A stretch of DNA of 64,000 nt, from the NCBI RefSeq assembly GCF_044324785.1, contig NZ_CP172127.1, one strand, 5' to 3'. A model generated the notes under the pieces. It made no database searches, had not been told where the DNA came from, and saw only the letters and a list, made by a program, of their open reading frames with translations. The stretch comes from Escherichia coli (GTDB lineage: Bacteria; Pseudomonadota; Gammaproteobacteria; Enterobacterales; Enterobacteriaceae). A program made the position numbers and the translations under genes. Shown here one piece after another: positions 22,107 to 33,614 of this stretch (position 1 is the first letter of the stretch; every line of letters starts with the position of its first letter).

Positions 22107-23498
22107 ATGAGTGTATTAATCGCCCTTGCCGCGCTTGGGCTGCTAATGCTGGCAGCCTATCGCGGATACAGCGTTATCCTTTTTGCCCCCATCGCAGCAT
22201 TAGGCGCTGTTCTTGTCACCGATCCGGGGGCCGTTGGCCCAGCATTTACCGGCCTGTTCATGGAAAAAATGGTCGGCTTCGTGAAATTGTACTTCCCGGT
22301 GTTTCTGCTCGGGGCCGTGTTCGGAAAACTGATTGAACTTTCAGGATTTTCTCGTTCGATTGTCGCTGCTGCAATCAACATTCTCGGCCGGCGGCATGCG
22401 ATTCCGGTGATTGTGCTGGTATGTGCATTACTCACCTATGGCGGAGTGTCGCTGTTTGTGGTGGCATTTGCCGTTTATCCGTTCGCGGCTGAATTGTTCC
22501 GCCAGAGTAATATCCCCAAACGGCTTATACCGGCAACGGTGGCCCTCGGAGCATTCTCTTTTACTATGGACGCTCTGCCCGGCACGCCACAAATTCAGAA
22601 CATTATTCCCACCAGTTTCTTTGGCACCAACGCCTGGGCCGCGCCGTGGCTGGGGCTTATTGGTTCACTGTTTATCATTGCCGTCGGGCTTATCTATCTG
22701 GAACGGCAGCGTCGTAAAGCACAGGCAAAAAATGAAAGTTACGGCACAGAGTTACTTAATGAACCTGAAACGCCGGACAACATCAATTTACCGAACCCAC
22801 TCATTGCGATTTCACCATTGATTCTGGTGGGGCTGTTGAACTTGTTGTTTACCTGGTGGATCCCTGTTTGGTACGGTGCGAGCCACCAACTGGAGTTGCC
22901 GGGACTTACTGCCCCGATTACCACAGATGTCGCCAAAATCACCGCAATCTGGGCCGTCGAAGCTGCGCTCATTGCCGGAATTTTGCTGGTAGTGATTTTT
23001 GGATATCGCAATATTCATGGAAGACTGGCAGAAGGAAGCCGTACAGCGGTAGGCGGCGCAATTCTGGCTGCGATGAACACCGCCTCAGAATATGGCTTCG
23101 GTGCGGTTATCGCCGCCCTACCCGGTTTTCTGGTGCTCTCAAAGGCGCTGGCCGCCATTCCTGATCCATTACTCAACGAAGCCATCAGCATCACCACACT
23201 TGCCGGAATTACCGGTTCAGCGTCCGGCGGGATGAGTATTGCTCTTGCGGCTATGTCCGACACTTTTATTGCCGCTGCGCACGCTGCCAATATTCCACTG
23301 GAAGTTTTTCACCGCGTGGCATCTATGGCCAGTGGCGGCATGGATACATTGCCCCATAACGGCGCTGTGATCACCCTGCTGGCAATTACTGGGCTGAGTC
23401 ACCGTCAGGCTTACGGCGGCATCTTCGCAATTACGATCATTAAAAGTCTGGCCGTGCTGTTTATCATCGGCGTGTACTACACCACCGGCATTGTCTAA
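22107..23498 (+). CDS. GntP-family permease (predicted 3-hydroxybutyrate/short-chain hydroxy-acid:H+ symporter), 463 aa
   Basis: Highly hydrophobic multi-pass protein with GntP-like architecture; embedded in the catabolic operon. Confidence 0.65.
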   Translation: MSVLIALAALGLLMLAAYRGYSVILFAPIAALGAVLVTDPGAVGPAFTGLFMEKMVGFVKLYFPVFLLGAVFGKLIELSGFSRSIVAAAINILGRRHAIPVIVLVCALLTYGGVSLFVVAFAVYPFAAELFRQSNIPKRLIPATVALGAFSFTMDALPGTPQIQNIIPTSFFGTNAWAAPWLGLIGSLFIIAVGLIYLERQRRKAQAKNESYGTELLNEPETPDNINLPNPLIAISPLILVGLLNLLFTWWIPVWYGASHQLELPGLTAPITTDVAKITAIWAVEAALIAGILLVVIFGYRNIHGRLAEGSRTAVGGAILAAMNTASEYGFGAVIAALPGFLVLSKALAAIPDPLLNEAISITTLAGITGSASGGMSIALAAMSDTFIAAAHAANIPLEVFHRVASMASGGMDTLPHNGAVITLLAITGLSHRQAYGGIFAITIIKSLAVLFIIGVYYTTGIV

Positions 23499-23509
23499 GG
23501 AAAATCATC

Positions 23510-24280
23510 ATGAATTTACAAGGTAAAACTGCGCTGGTGACGGGCTCCACCAGCGGTATCGGACTCGGTATTGCTCAGACACTGGCAAACGCTGGCGCGC
23601 AAGTGATCCTCAACGGCTTCGGTGATGTTGACGCGGCAATCAATGCGGTTTCTCGTATGGGTAAAACGCCTGGCTATCATGAGGCAGACCTCAGCGATGA
23701 ATCGCAAATTATCAACATGATGGCCTACGCACGGCGGGAATTTGGCGGTGTGGACATTCTGGTGAATAACGCAGGGATCCAGTATGTCTCCCCGGTTGAA
23801 TCTTTCCCTGTAGAAAAATGGAACGCCATTATCGCTATCAATCTCTCTTCTGTCTTTCACACCACGCGTCTGGCACTGCCAGAAATGCGCACTCGTAACT
23901 GGGGTCGGATCATTAACATTGCCTCTGTGCATGGGCTGGTAGCGTCGAAAGACAAATCAGCTTATGTTGCGGCAAAACATGGCGTGGTGGGACTCACAAA
24001 GACCATTGCTCTGGAAACTGCGCAGACGGGTATTACCTGCAACGCGCTCTGCCCTGGCTGGGTGCTGACGCCGCTGGTACAACAGCAGATTGATAAGCGC
24101 ATTGCGCAAGGCGAAGATGCGGAAAGCGCGCGTGACGCCTTACTGGCAGAAAAACAGCCTTCTCGTGAATTTGTGACTCCGCAACAACTGGGTGAACTGG
24201 CGCTGTTTCTCTGTTCGGATGCGGCAGCACAAGTGCGTGGGGTGGCGTGGAATATGGATGGCGGTTGGGTAGCGCAGTAA
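23510..24280 (+). CDS. D-3-hydroxybutyrate dehydrogenase (classical SDR), 256 aa
   Basis: SDR motifs TGSTSGIGLGIA (cofactor binding) and YVAAKHG (YxxxK); length and motifs typical of BdhA. Confidence 0.8.
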   Translation: MNLQGKTALVTGSTSGIGLGIAQTLANAGAQVILNGFGDVDAAINAVSRMGKTPGYHEADLSDESQIINMMAYARREFGGVDILVNNAGIQYVSPVESFPVEKWNAIIAINLSSVFHTTRLALPEMRTRNWGRIINIASVHGLVASKDKSAYVAAKHGVVGLTKTIALETAQTGITCNALCPGWVLTPLVQQQIDKRIAQGEDAESARDALLAEKQPSREFVTPQQLGELALFLCSDAAAQVRGVAWNMDGGWVAQ

Positions 24281-24286
24281 GTGTTC

Positions 24287-24308
24287 GCCGGATGACGCGT
24301 CATCCGGC
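24287..24308. repeat. Perfect 22-bp palindrome (REP-like) between the convergent dehydrogenase gene and osmC
   Basis: GCCGGATGACGCGTCATCCGGC is a perfect palindrome between two convergent stop codons; likely a bidirectional terminator or REP unit. Confidence 0.5.
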
Positions 24309-24314
24309 AACGCT

Positions 24315-24746
24315 TTACGATTTCAACTGGTAATCCAGCGTAATTTCCGCTTTCAGTACCTGTGAAACCGGACATCCTGCTTTTGCTTTCTGGATGATGC
24401 CGTCAAAGGTAGAGGCATCAATACCCGGCACCGCAACTTCACTCTTCAGTGCGATTTTCGTAATCGCAAAACCGGCATCCACTTTATCCAGCGACACATC
24501 GGCGATGGTATCAATCGATGTTGGCGTGAATCCCGTTTCCCCCAGCATTAATGAAAGCGCCATTGAGAAACATGCGGCATGCGCTGCGCCAATCAGTTCT
24601 TCAGGGTTGGTTCCTTTTTCGCCTTCAAAACGCGTGTTAAATCCATACGGCTGTTGGTTCAGCACGCCACTCTCGGTGGATACTGTTCCCTTCCCGCGTT
24701 TGATATCGCCTTCCCAGTGTGCCTGACCTTTCTTATGGATTGTCAT
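24315..24746 (-). CDS. osmC: Osmotically inducible peroxiredoxin OsmC, 143 aa
   Basis: Full-length match to OsmC (MTIHKKGQAHWEGDIKRGKG...). Confidence 0.93.
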   Translation of the reverse strand: MTIHKKGQAHWEGDIKRGKGTVSTESGVLNQQPYGFNTRFEGEKGTNPEELIGAAHAACFSMALSLMLGETGFTPTSIDTIADVSLDKVDAGFAITKIALKSEVAVPGIDASTFDGIIQKAKAGCPVSQVLKAEITLDYQLKS

Positions 24747-25090
24747 TGTTGCTCTCCTGTGGGCTTAAAAAGGAAATTATAGACTACGTGAGAAACAGCA
24801 CGAGGATAAGCAGGATATTCCGAATGAAATCCGGCGAAAACATTATCTCTGTACTTAAATTAAATTCCCACAATAGATAACAGGAAATATATGACTCAAA
24901 AGATATTGTATCAATATTAATCGATTCACACCAATAATAATCCCTATCAATATCATAGTGTTAAAATATAAAACTCATCAACCAGGACTAATCTTAACAA
25001 CGAAGCGGCAAATATTTGCCATGCTGAATGTGCTTTATAAATCTGCGATCCGTAGCAGACACCATAAATACACAGACACGGAGAATCACT

Positions 25091-25306
25091 ATGTTTACTT
25101 ATTATCAGGCAGAAAATTCAACAGCAGAACCCGCTCTGGTTAATGCCATTGAGCAAGGCCTTCGGGCAGAGCACGGTGTTGTCACTGAAGATGACATTCT
25201 CATGGAGCTGACCAAATGGGTGGAAGCTTCTGATAACGACATCCTCAGTGATATCTACCAGCAAACGATCAATTATGTGGTCAGTGGCCAGCACCCTACG
25301 CTTTAA
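25091..25306 (+). CDS. bdm: Biofilm-dependent modulation protein Bdm, 71 aa
   Basis: Translation MFTYYQAENSTAEPALVNAIEQGLRAEHGVVTEDDILMELTKWVEASDNDILSDIYQQTINYVVSGQHPTL; internal ATG of track ORF 25028..25306. Confidence 0.8.
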   Translation: MFTYYQAENSTAEPALVNAIEQGLRAEHGVVTEDDILMELTKWVEASDNDILSDIYQQTINYVVSGQHPTL

Positions 25307-25407
25307 GGTGCTATGCTTGATCGGCAACCTAATTTAGGGGTTTAGCACGTGTTTCTTCGCTACGGCGATGTTGTCCTTAAAACTAGCAACAGGATTGAGG
25401 AGTTAAA

Positions 25408-25545
25408 ATGAAATCGAACCGTCAGGCACGTCATATTCTTGGACTGGACCATAAAATTTCTAACCAGCGCAAAATAGTTACCGAAGGTGACAAATCCAGC
25501 GTGGTAAATAACCCAACCGGCAGAAAACGCCCCGCTGAAAAGTAA
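25408..25545 (+). CDS. sra: Stationary-phase ribosome-associated protein Sra (RpsV), 45 aa
   Basis: ORF below the track cutoff, read directly: [45 protein letters not shown]; SD GGAG upstream. Confidence 0.8.
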
Positions 25546-25575
25546 TTCATAACCATCAGTCCTCAATGACGATTA

Positions 25576-25610
25576 AACACCATTGCCTGCGCAATGGTGT
25601 TTTTGTTTTT
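25576..25610 (+). terminator. Rho-independent terminator after sra
   Basis: Inverted repeat AACACCATTGC...GCAATGGTGTT followed by TTTTGTTTTT. Confidence 0.6.
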
Positions 25611-25701
25611 ATCTGCTTTATACTTGGGGCCGACGCCCTGGCGGTAAAGCAAAGACGATAAAAGCGTGCCAGGGATGGATATTCAAAAAAGAGTGAGTGA
25701 C

Positions 25702-27399
25702 ATGGAACCAAAAACAAAAAAACAGCGTTCGCTTTATATCCCTTACGCTGGCCCTGTACTGCTGGAATTTCCGTTGTTGAATAAAGGCAGCGCCTTCAGC
25801 ATGGAAGAACGCCGTAACTTCAACCTGCTGGGGTTACTGCCGGAAGTGGTCGAAACCATCGAAGAACAAGCGGAACGAGCATGGATCCAGTATCAGGGAT
25901 TCAAAACCGAAATCGACAAACACATCTACCTGCGTAACATCCAGGACACCAACGAAACCCTCTTCTACCGTCTGGTAAACAATCATCTTGATGAGATGAT
26001 GCCTGTTATTTATACCCCAACCGTCGGCGCAGCCTGTGAGCGTTTTTCTGAGATCTACCGCCGTTCACGCGGCGTGTTTATCTCTTACCAGAACCGCCAC
26101 AATATGGACGATATTCTGCAAAACGTACCAAACCATAATATCAAAGTGATTGTGGTGACTGACGGCGAACGTATTCTGGGGCTTGGTGACCAGGGCATCG
26201 GCGGGATGGGCATTCCGATCGGTAAACTGTCGCTCTATACCGCCTGTGGCGGCATCAGCCCGGCGTATACCCTTCCGGTGGTGCTGGATGTCGGGACGAA
26301 CAACCAACAGCTGCTTAACGATCCGCTGTATATGGGCTGGCGTAATCCGCGTATCACTGACGACGAATACTATGAATTCGTTGATGAATTTATCCAGGCT
26401 GTGAAACAACGCTGGCCGGACGTACTGTTGCAGTTTGAAGACTTCGCACAAAAAAATGCGATGCCGTTACTTAACCGCTATCGCAATGAAATTTGTTCCT
26501 TTAACGATGACATTCAGGGCACTGCGGCGGTAACAGTCGGCACCCTGATCGCAGCCAGCCGCGCGGCGGGTGGTCAGTTAAGCGAGAAAAAAATCGTCTT
26601 CCTTGGCGCAGGTTCAGCGGGATGCGGCATTGCCGAAATGATCATCGCCCAGACTCAGCGTGAAGGATTAAGCGAGGAAACGGCGCGGCAGAAAGTCTTT
26701 ATGGTCGATCGCTTTGGCCTGCTGACCGACAAGATGCCGAACCTGCTGCCTTTCCAGACCAAACTGGTGCAGAAACGCGAAAACCTCAGTGACTGGGATA
26801 CCGACAGCGATGTGCTGTCACTGCTGGATGTGGTGCGCAATGTAAAACCAGATATTCTGATTGGCGTCTCAGGACAGACCGGGCTGTTTACGGAAGAGAT
26901 CATCCGTGAGATGCATAAACACTGTCCGCGTCCGATCGTGATGCCGCTGTCTAACCCGACGTCACGCGTGGAAGCCACACCGCAGGACATTATCGCCTGG
27001 ACCGAAGGTAACGCGCTGGTCGCCACTGGCAGCCCGTTTAATCCAGTGGTATGGAAAGATAAAATCTACCCTATCGCCCAGTGTAACAACGCCTTTATTT
27101 TCCCGGGCATCGGCCTGGGTGTTATTGCTTCCGGTGCGTCACGTATCACCGATGAGATGCTGATGTCGGCAAGTGAAACGCTTGCTCAGTATTCGCCGCT
27201 GGTGCTGAACGGCGAAGGTCTGGTACTACCGGAACTGAAAGATATTCAGAAAGTCTCCCGCGCAATTGCGTTTGCGGTTGGCAAAATGGCGCAGCAGCAA
27301 GGCGTGGCGGTGAAAACGTCTGCCGAAGCTCTGCAACAGGCCATTGATGATAATTTCTGGCACGCCGAATACCGCGACTACCGCCGTACCTCCATCTAA
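25702..27399 (+). CDS. maeA: NAD-dependent malic enzyme, 565 aa
   Basis: Translation from [22 protein letters not shown]... matches MaeA (SfcA); start taken at the internal ATG of the track ORF. Confidence 0.92.
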   Translation: MEPKTKKQRSLYIPYAGPVLLEFPLLNKGSAFSMEERRNFNLLGLLPEVVETIEEQAERAWIQYQGFKTEIDKHIYLRNIQDTNETLFYRLVNNHLDEMMPVIYTPTVGAACERFSEIYRRSRGVFISYQNRHNMDDILQNVPNHNIKVIVVTDGERILGLGDQGIGGMGIPIGKLSLYTACGGISPAYTLPVVLDVGTNNQQLLNDPLYMGWRNPRITDDEYYEFVDEFIQAVKQRWPDVLLQFEDFAQKNAMPLLNRYRNEICSFNDDIQGTAAVTVGTLIAASRAAGGQLSEKKIVFLGAGSAGCGIAEMIIAQTQREGLSEETARQKVFMVDRFGLLTDKMPNLLPFQTKLVQKRENLSDWDTDSDVLSLLDVVRNVKPDILIGVSGQTGLFTEEIIREMHKHCPRPIVMPLSNPTSRVEATPQDIIAWTEGNALVATGSPFNPVVWKDKIYPIAQCNNAFIFPGIGLGVIASGASRITDEMLMSASETLAQYSPLVLNGEGLVLPELKDIQKVSRAIAFAVGKMAQQQGVAVKTSAEALQQAIDDNFWHAEYRDYRRTSI

Positions 27400-27532
27400 G
27401 CCTGCGCCCGGTGGTGAAAGCTGCCGGGCAATTTCCCTCTCCCTTTTTCAGATCTCATCCATACTGGGTAGTGGCGAATAAATCTCATTTGCCTCACCTG
27501 CTATGCAGAACATCATCCGAAAAGGAGGAACT

Positions 27533-28543
27533 ATGAAGGCTGCAGTTGTTACGAAGGATCATCATGTTGACGTTACGGATAAAACACTGCGCTCACTGAA
27601 ACATGGCGAAGCCCTGCTGAAAATGGAGTGTTGTGGTGTATGTCATACCGATCTTCATGTGAAGAATGGCGATTTTGGTGACAAAACCGGCGTAATTCTG
27701 GGCCATGAAGGTATTGGTGTGGTGGCAGAAGTTGGCCCAGGTGTCACCTCATTAAAACCAGGCGATCGTGCCAGCGTGGCGTGGTTTTACGAAGGATGCG
27801 GTCATTGCGAATACTGTAATAGTGGTAACGAAACCCTCTGCCGTTCTGTTAAAAACGCCGGATACAGCGTCGATGGCGGGATGGCTGAAGAGTGCATCGT
27901 GGTCGCCGATTACGCGGTAAAAGTGCCCGATGGCCTGGACTCGGCGGCGGCCAGCAGCATTACCTGTGCGGGAGTCACCACCTACAAAGCCGTTAAGCTG
28001 TCAAAAATTCGTCCCGGTCAGTGGATTGCTATCTACGGTCTTGGTGGACTGGGTAACCTCGCCCTGCAATACGCGAAGAATGTCTTTAACGCCAAAGTGA
28101 TCGCCATTGATGTCAATGATGAGCAGTTGAAACTGGCAACCGAAATGGGTGCAGATTTAGCGATTAACTCACGCACCGAAGACGCCGCCAAAATTGTGCA
28201 AGAAAAAACCGGTGGCGCTCACGCCGCGGTGGTGACAGCGGTAGCTAAAGCTGCGTTTAACTCGGCGGTTGATGCTGTTCGTGCAGGCGGGCGTGTTGTG
28301 GCAGTCGGTCTGCCGCCGGAGTCTATGAGCCTGGATATCCCACGGCTGGTGCTGGATGGTATTGAAGTGGTCGGTTCGCTGGTCGGCACGCGCCAGGATC
28401 TCACCGAAGCCTTCCAGTTTGCGGCCGAAGGCAAAGTGGTGCCGAAAGTCGCCCTGCGTCCGTTAGCGGACATCAACACCATCTTTACCGAGATGGAAGA
28501 AGGCAAAATCCGTGGCCGTATGGTAATTGATTTCCGCCGCTAA
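27533..28543 (+). CDS. adhP: Zinc-dependent alcohol dehydrogenase (propanol-preferring), 336 aa
   Basis: [15 protein letters not shown]...; zinc-ADH motifs (GHEGIG, CGVCHTD); SD AGGAGG upstream. Confidence 0.92.
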   Translation: MKAAVVTKDHHVDVTDKTLRSLKHGEALLKMECCGVCHTDLHVKNGDFGDKTGVILGHEGIGVVAEVGPGVTSLKPGDRASVAWFYEGCGHCEYCNSGNETLCRSVKNAGYSVDGGMAEECIVVADYAVKVPDGLDSAAASSITCAGVTTYKAVKLSKIRPGQWIAIYGLGGLGNLALQYAKNVFNAKVIAIDVNDEQLKLATEMGADLAINSRTEDAAKIVQEKTGGAHAAVVTAVAKAAFNSAVDAVRAGGRVVAVGLPPESMSLDIPRLVLDGIEVVGSLVGTRQDLTEAFQFAAEGKVVPKVALRPLADINTIFTEMEEGKIRGRMVIDFRR

Positions 28544-28688
28544 GAGGCCTTTGCTGCGACTGCCATGTTCGGGTCGCAGCATCGCACACTCTCCAACATG
28601 AAATGGCTAAATGGATTATTGTTGCGTAGGAAGGAACAATAATGATAGTGTTCCCAGTGAAGGAACGCTACTGAGAGTAAAGACACTA

Positions 28689-28973
28689 ATGAAAATGGCC
28701 AATCATCCCCGCCCGGGGGACATTATTCAGGAATCACTCGACGAACTTAATGTCAGCCTGCGCGAGTTTGCCAGAGCAATGGAAATTGCGCCCTCAACGG
28801 CAAGCCGATTGCTGACCGGAAAAGCAGCTTTGACGCCAGAAATGGCAATTAAACTTTCCGTGGTGATCGGCAGTTCGCCGCAAATGTGGCTGAATCTGCA
28901 AAACGCCTGGAGCCTGGCAGAGGCTGAAAAAACGGTGGATGTGTCGCGACTGCGCCGTCTGGTTACGCAATAA
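28689..28973 (+). CDS. yddM: XRE/HigA-like HTH DNA-binding protein, 94 aa
   Basis: HTH region ([35 protein letters not shown]); matches YddM; no intact partner toxin gene in the 145-bp upstream gap. Confidence 0.7.
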
Positions 28974-29003
28974 AAAAATGGCGCTTCTTAAAGCGCCATT
29001 TTC
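28974..29003. terminator. Bidirectional terminator between convergent yddM and fdnI
   Basis: Hairpin AATGGCGCT-TCTTA-AAGCGCCATT flanked by A-run on one side and T-run on the other. Confidence 0.55.
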
Positions 29004-29023
29004 AGCTTAAAGTTCAAAAGAGA

Positions 29024-29677
29024 TTATATCCCTTCTTCACTCTCTTTTTTCGCTTCCGCCTTCTCGATTTCACGATACCAGCGCGGATGGTGTTTCTTCG
29101 CCCAGCGACGGCTCACCTTCCCTTCGATCATCCCTTTAATCGACCCTTTCACCCAGAATGCCATATACATATGGATCAGGATGGCGTGGATCAGGATGAT
29201 ACCCGCAGCCGCGTGAATCAGCAGGCTGTAGCGGACAACCTGCATCGGGAAGTACTGCGCAAAGTACGGACGCCAGATAATCACCCCGGTCACCAACAGC
29301 ACGAAAATCATGCTCATGATCGACCAGAACATCATCTTTTGCCCGGCGTTGTACTTACCGACATCCGCCACTTTGTGCTCATTGCCTTTTAATACTTCGA
29401 CAATGTTCAACAGCCACGGAATATCTTTCTTATCCGGGATGTTGTGATGCACAAAACGCACAAACATAAACATCAGCGCGACGAAAATCGCAATGCCGAA
29501 GAACGGGTGCAAAATGCGTCCCATCTGCGGCGTACCGAAGGTTTGCGTCAGCCATTGCAGCGTCGGGAAGAAGAACGAAATCCCGGACAGCGCCACCAGG
29601 AAGAAGCAAATCACCACGGTCCAGTGACAGGCGCGATCAATAAATTTGGTGCGCACAATCATTTTCGACTTACTCAT
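29024..29677 (-). CDS. fdnI: Formate dehydrogenase-N gamma subunit (cytochrome b556), 217 aa
   Basis: Starts [21 protein letters not shown]...; multi-pass heme-b protein; start overlaps the fdnH 3' end. Confidence 0.9.
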
Positions 29678-30554
29678 GATGATCCTCCTCGTCATCGTCC
29701 ACTTCCTTATTCGGGCCAATACCGATGTAGTGGAAAATCAACCCGGCAAAAGTGGCAATAAAGCCAGCCGCTGCCAGCGGTTTCAACGCGCCTTTCCACA
29801 GGCTTACCGAGGTGTCGATCTTCGGATCTTTCGGCAGACCGTGATACAGCTCCGGCTGATCGGCATGATGCAACACGTACATAACGTGCGTACCACCGAC
29901 CCCTTCCGGGTTGTAGACGCCAGCATGTTCGTAACCACGCGCTTTCAGTTTCGCCACGCGCTGTTCCGCCAGCTCCAGCATCTCCTTCTTGGTGCCGAAG
30001 TGGATAGCCCCGGTCGGACAGGTTTTCACACAAGCCGGTTCCTGGCCGACGCTGACGCGATCGACGCAGAGCGTGCATTTATATACCCGGTTATCCTCTT
30101 TGTTGAGGCGCGGAATATTAAACGGACACCCGGCAATGCAGTAACCACAGCCGATGCAGTTTTCCGACTGGAAATCGACAATCCCGTTAGCGTACTGAAT
30201 GATTGCACCAGCAGACGGGCACGCCTTCAGGCAGCCCGGATCTTCACAGTGCATACAGCCGTCTTTACGGATCAGCCACTCCAGCTTGCCGTTCTGTTCG
30301 GTTTCGCTAAAGCGCATCACCGTCCAGGACTTGGCGCTCAGATCGGCGGGGTTATCGTAAACCCCGACGCAGTGCCCCACTTCATCACGGATGTCGTTCC
30401 ACTCCGAACACGCCACCTGACAGGCTTTACAACCGATACAGGTGGAAACGTCGATAAGTTTCGCGACTTCTGCTTTGTAATCACGCACCTGAGAAGGCGG
30501 CGTGATGGAGTTAGTTGCGGACCTTTTGATAATGTCCTGCGTTTCCATAGCCAT
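29670..30554 (-). CDS. fdnH: Formate dehydrogenase-N beta subunit (4x[4Fe-4S]), 294 aa
   Basis: Multiple CxxCxxCxxxCP ferredoxin motifs and a C-terminal transmembrane anchor. Confidence 0.92.
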   Translation of the reverse strand: MAMETQDIIKRSATNSITPPSQVRDYKAEVAKLIDVSTCIGCKACQVACSEWNDIRDEVGHCVGVYDNPADLSAKSWTVMRFSETEQNGKLEWLIRKDGCMHCEDPGCLKACPSAGAIIQYANGIVDFQSENCIGCGYCIAGCPFNIPRLNKEDNRVYKCTLCVDRVSVGQEPACVKTCPTGAIHFGTKKEMLELAEQRVAKLKARGYEHAGVYNPEGVGGTHVMYVLHHADQPELYHGLPKDPKIDTSVSLWKGALKPLAAAGFIATFAGLIFHYIGIGPNKEVDDDEEDHHE

Positions 30555-30566
30555 CTGTTCGCCCCC

Positions 30567-33500
30567 TTACGCCTTCTCGATGTTTACTAAGAACGCTTTA
30601 TATTCCGGCGTTTGCGAGTTTGCATCACCGACATTAGGCGTCAGAGTGTTAGCGATATAACCTTTGCGCGCGACACCCTCAAAGCCCCAGTGGATTGGAA
30701 TACCCACCGTTTCAACCTGCTGACCGTTTACATTCAGCGGCTTCAGACGGCGCGTTACCACAGCCACCGCGCGGATAAAGCCACGCTTGCTGGATACGGT
30801 GACACGGTCGCCATTGGCGATGCCTTTCGCCGCCGCCAGCGTTTCGCTGATTTCTACAAACTGTTCCGGCTGAGCAATTGCGTTGAGCAACGCGTGCTTG
30901 GTCCAGGTGTGGAAGTGCTCGGTCAGACGATAGGTCGTACCCACATACGGGAACTGCTCTTTTTTACCCATCCGCAGCGCGTCTTGTTCATACAGACGAA
31001 CCACCGGGTTAGACACCACGTTCGGATGCAGCGGGTTAGTGCCCAGCGGCGTTTCGATTGGCTCGTAGTGTTCCGGGAACGGACCTTCCGCCATTTTGTT
31101 GATGGCAAACAGACGTCCCATCCCTTCCGGCTGCATGATAAACGGCCCGGTTGGCGTACCCGGTGCGGCATTGCCGAAGTCAGGAATATCGTTACCCGTC
31201 CACTTGCTGCCGTTCCACTGGATCAGCATCCGTTTCGGATCCCACGGTTTACCGTTGATATCCGCCGAAGCACGGTTGTAGAGTACGCGACGGTTGAGCG
31301 GCCACGCCCAGGCCCATCCCAGCGTATTCCCCAGACCGGACGGGTCGGAGTTATCGCGGTTAGCCATCTGGTTGCCCTGCTCTGTCCAGCTACCGGTGTA
31401 TATCCAGCAAGACGATGCGGTTGTACCGTCATCACGCAGATGCGCAAAGCTACTCAGCAACTGACCTTTCTTCGCAATCAGCACGCCATTAGCATCATAG
31501 AGATCTTCCAGCGCATAGCCGTTATTCTCTTTCGCCACTTCGTCAGACTGCGGTTCGTGCGGCTGCTTGTAGTTCCAGCTCATCTTCATCAGCGGTTCTA
31601 CGCCTTTACCACCTTCGGCCTGGTACAGCTCGCGCAGATGATGGTAGATACCCGCCAGAATTTCGCCGTCGTTACGCGCTTCGCCCGGCGCGTCCTGACC
31701 TTTCCAGTGCCACTGCAACCAGCGACCGGAGTTAGCAATAGAACCATCTTCTTCAGCAAAGCAGGTCGAAGGCAGACGGAATACTTCAGTCTGAATAGAC
31801 GCCGGATCGACATCGTTCGACTCGCCGTGGTTCTGCCAGAAGGTAGAAGTTTCAGTCACCAGCGGATCGATAACCACCATGTACTTCAGCTTGCTCAGGC
31901 AGCTAACCACTTTGTTTTTGTCCGGGAAGGACGCAACCGGGTTAAAGCCCTGGCAGAAATAACCGGTGACTTTGCCTTCATCCATCATGTTGAAATACTT
32001 GATGACGTCGTAGGTCTGGTCCCACTTAGGCAGCCAGTCGTAGCCCCAGTTGTTCTCTTTCTGCGCGGCATCGCCGTAGAAAGATTTCATCAGGCTAACG
32101 AAGAACTTCGGATAGTTGCTCCAGTAGTTCACCTGATCAGCCAGCGTCGCTTTCGGCGTGTTCGCTTCCAGATACGACTGCAAATCAACCTGTTTTTCTG
32201 ACGGCAGCGTCAGATAACCCGGCAGGCTGGTAGAGAGCAGGCCTAAGTCGGTCAGGCCCTGAATGTTGGAGTGACCACGCAATGCGTTCACACCGCCACC
32301 GGCCATACCCATGTTACCGAGCAGTAACTGGATCATCGCCATAGTACGGATGTTCTGCGCACCCACGGTGTGCTGCGTCCAGCCCAGCGCGTACAGGAAG
32401 GTGGTTGTGCGATCCGGTGCGCTGGTGGAGGCCAGCACTTCACACACTTTCAGGAAGTCGGCTTTTGGCGTACCACAGATGTTTTCTACTACGTCTGGCG
32501 TGTAGCGGGAAACGTGCGCTTTCAGCAGGTTCCACACACAGCGCGGATGAGTCAGCGTGTCATCGCGTTTCGCATAGCCGTTTTCATCGAACTGATAGTT
32601 CCAGGACGATTTATCGTACTGGCGTTTTTCAGCGTCATAACCGCTGAACAGGCCATCTTCGAAAGCAAAATCATCACGCACCAGCAGGCTGGCGTTAGTG
32701 TAATGCTTAACGTATTCGGCGTTGATTTTGTTGTTTTCGATCAGGTAGCGCAAAACGCCAGACAGGAACGTAATGTCCGTACCGGAACGAATAGGTGCGT
32801 AAATATCCGCCACAGAAGCGGTACGCGTAAAACGGGGATCGACAACGATCAAGGTTGCATCGTTGTTGTTTTTCGCTTCCATCGCCCAGCGGAAACCGAC
32901 GGGATGCGCTTCAGCAGCATTACCGCCCATCACCATTACGACGTTAGCGTTTTTGATATCCACCCAGTGGTTGGTCATCGCACCGCGACCAAATGTTGGA
33001 GCAAGACTTGCTACCGTTGGTCCGTGTCAGACGCGCGCCTGGTTGTCTACCGCCAGCATACCGAGGGAGCGGGCAAATTTTTGAGTCAGCATCCCGGTTT
33101 CGTTGCTGGCACCGGAGGCACACAGCATACCGGTAGAAAGCCAACGGTTTACCGTTACGCCCTGCTCGTTCTTTTCAATAAAGTTAGCGTCACGGTCAGC
33201 TTTCATCAGCTTCGCAATACGGGAGAATGCTTCTTCCCAGCTAATGCGCTGCCATTTGTCAGAACCTGGCGCACGATATTCCGGGTAGCGCAGACGGTTT
33301 TCGCTGTTGACGTAATCCAGCAAACCGGCCCCTTTCGGGCACAGCGCACCACGGCTTACCGGATGATCCGGGTCACCTTCAATGTGATAAATTGCTTCTC
33401 TGGCGTTTTTCGCGCCATCACCCAGGCTATACATCAATAGCCCGCAACCTACGGAACAGTATGTGCAGGTGTTACGGATCTCTTTAGCGCGTAATAATTT

Positions 33501-33614
33501 GTAGTTTCGCGCCTGAGCCAGTGCTTGCTTTGGGGCAAAGCCCAATGCCGCTACTGTTGTTCCAGCCATACCGCCCGCGCAGATTTTAAAAAATTGTCTG
33601 CGACTGACGTCCAT
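30567..33614 (-). CDS. fdnG: Formate dehydrogenase-N alpha subunit, selenoprotein, 1015 aa with an in-frame UGA (Sec) at 33027..33029
   Basis: Two track ORFs (33027..33614 and 30567..32978) are in the same frame, separated only by one TGA; N-terminal Tat signal MDVSRRQFFKICAGG; molybdopterin oxidoreductase motifs. Confidence 0.93.
32985..33026 (-). other. Predicted SECIS element directing Sec insertion at the fdnG UGA
   Basis: Bacterial SECIS hairpins lie immediately 3' of the UGA; the mRNA here (CACGGACCAACGGUAGCAAGUCUUGCUCCAACAUUUGG) has self-complementary segments; structure not computed. Confidence 0.4.

Noticed and set aside
30612-32201. Long ORF (529 aa) antisense to fdnG, together with 32370..33440 (356 aa) and 29646..30590 (314 aa) antisense to fdnG/fdnH
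   Set aside because: They lie entirely within genes confidently identified as fdnG/fdnH on the opposite strand; the translations are Arg/Val/His-rich low-complexity with no recognisable domains. Long antisense ORFs are common opposite high-GC, codon-biased genes.
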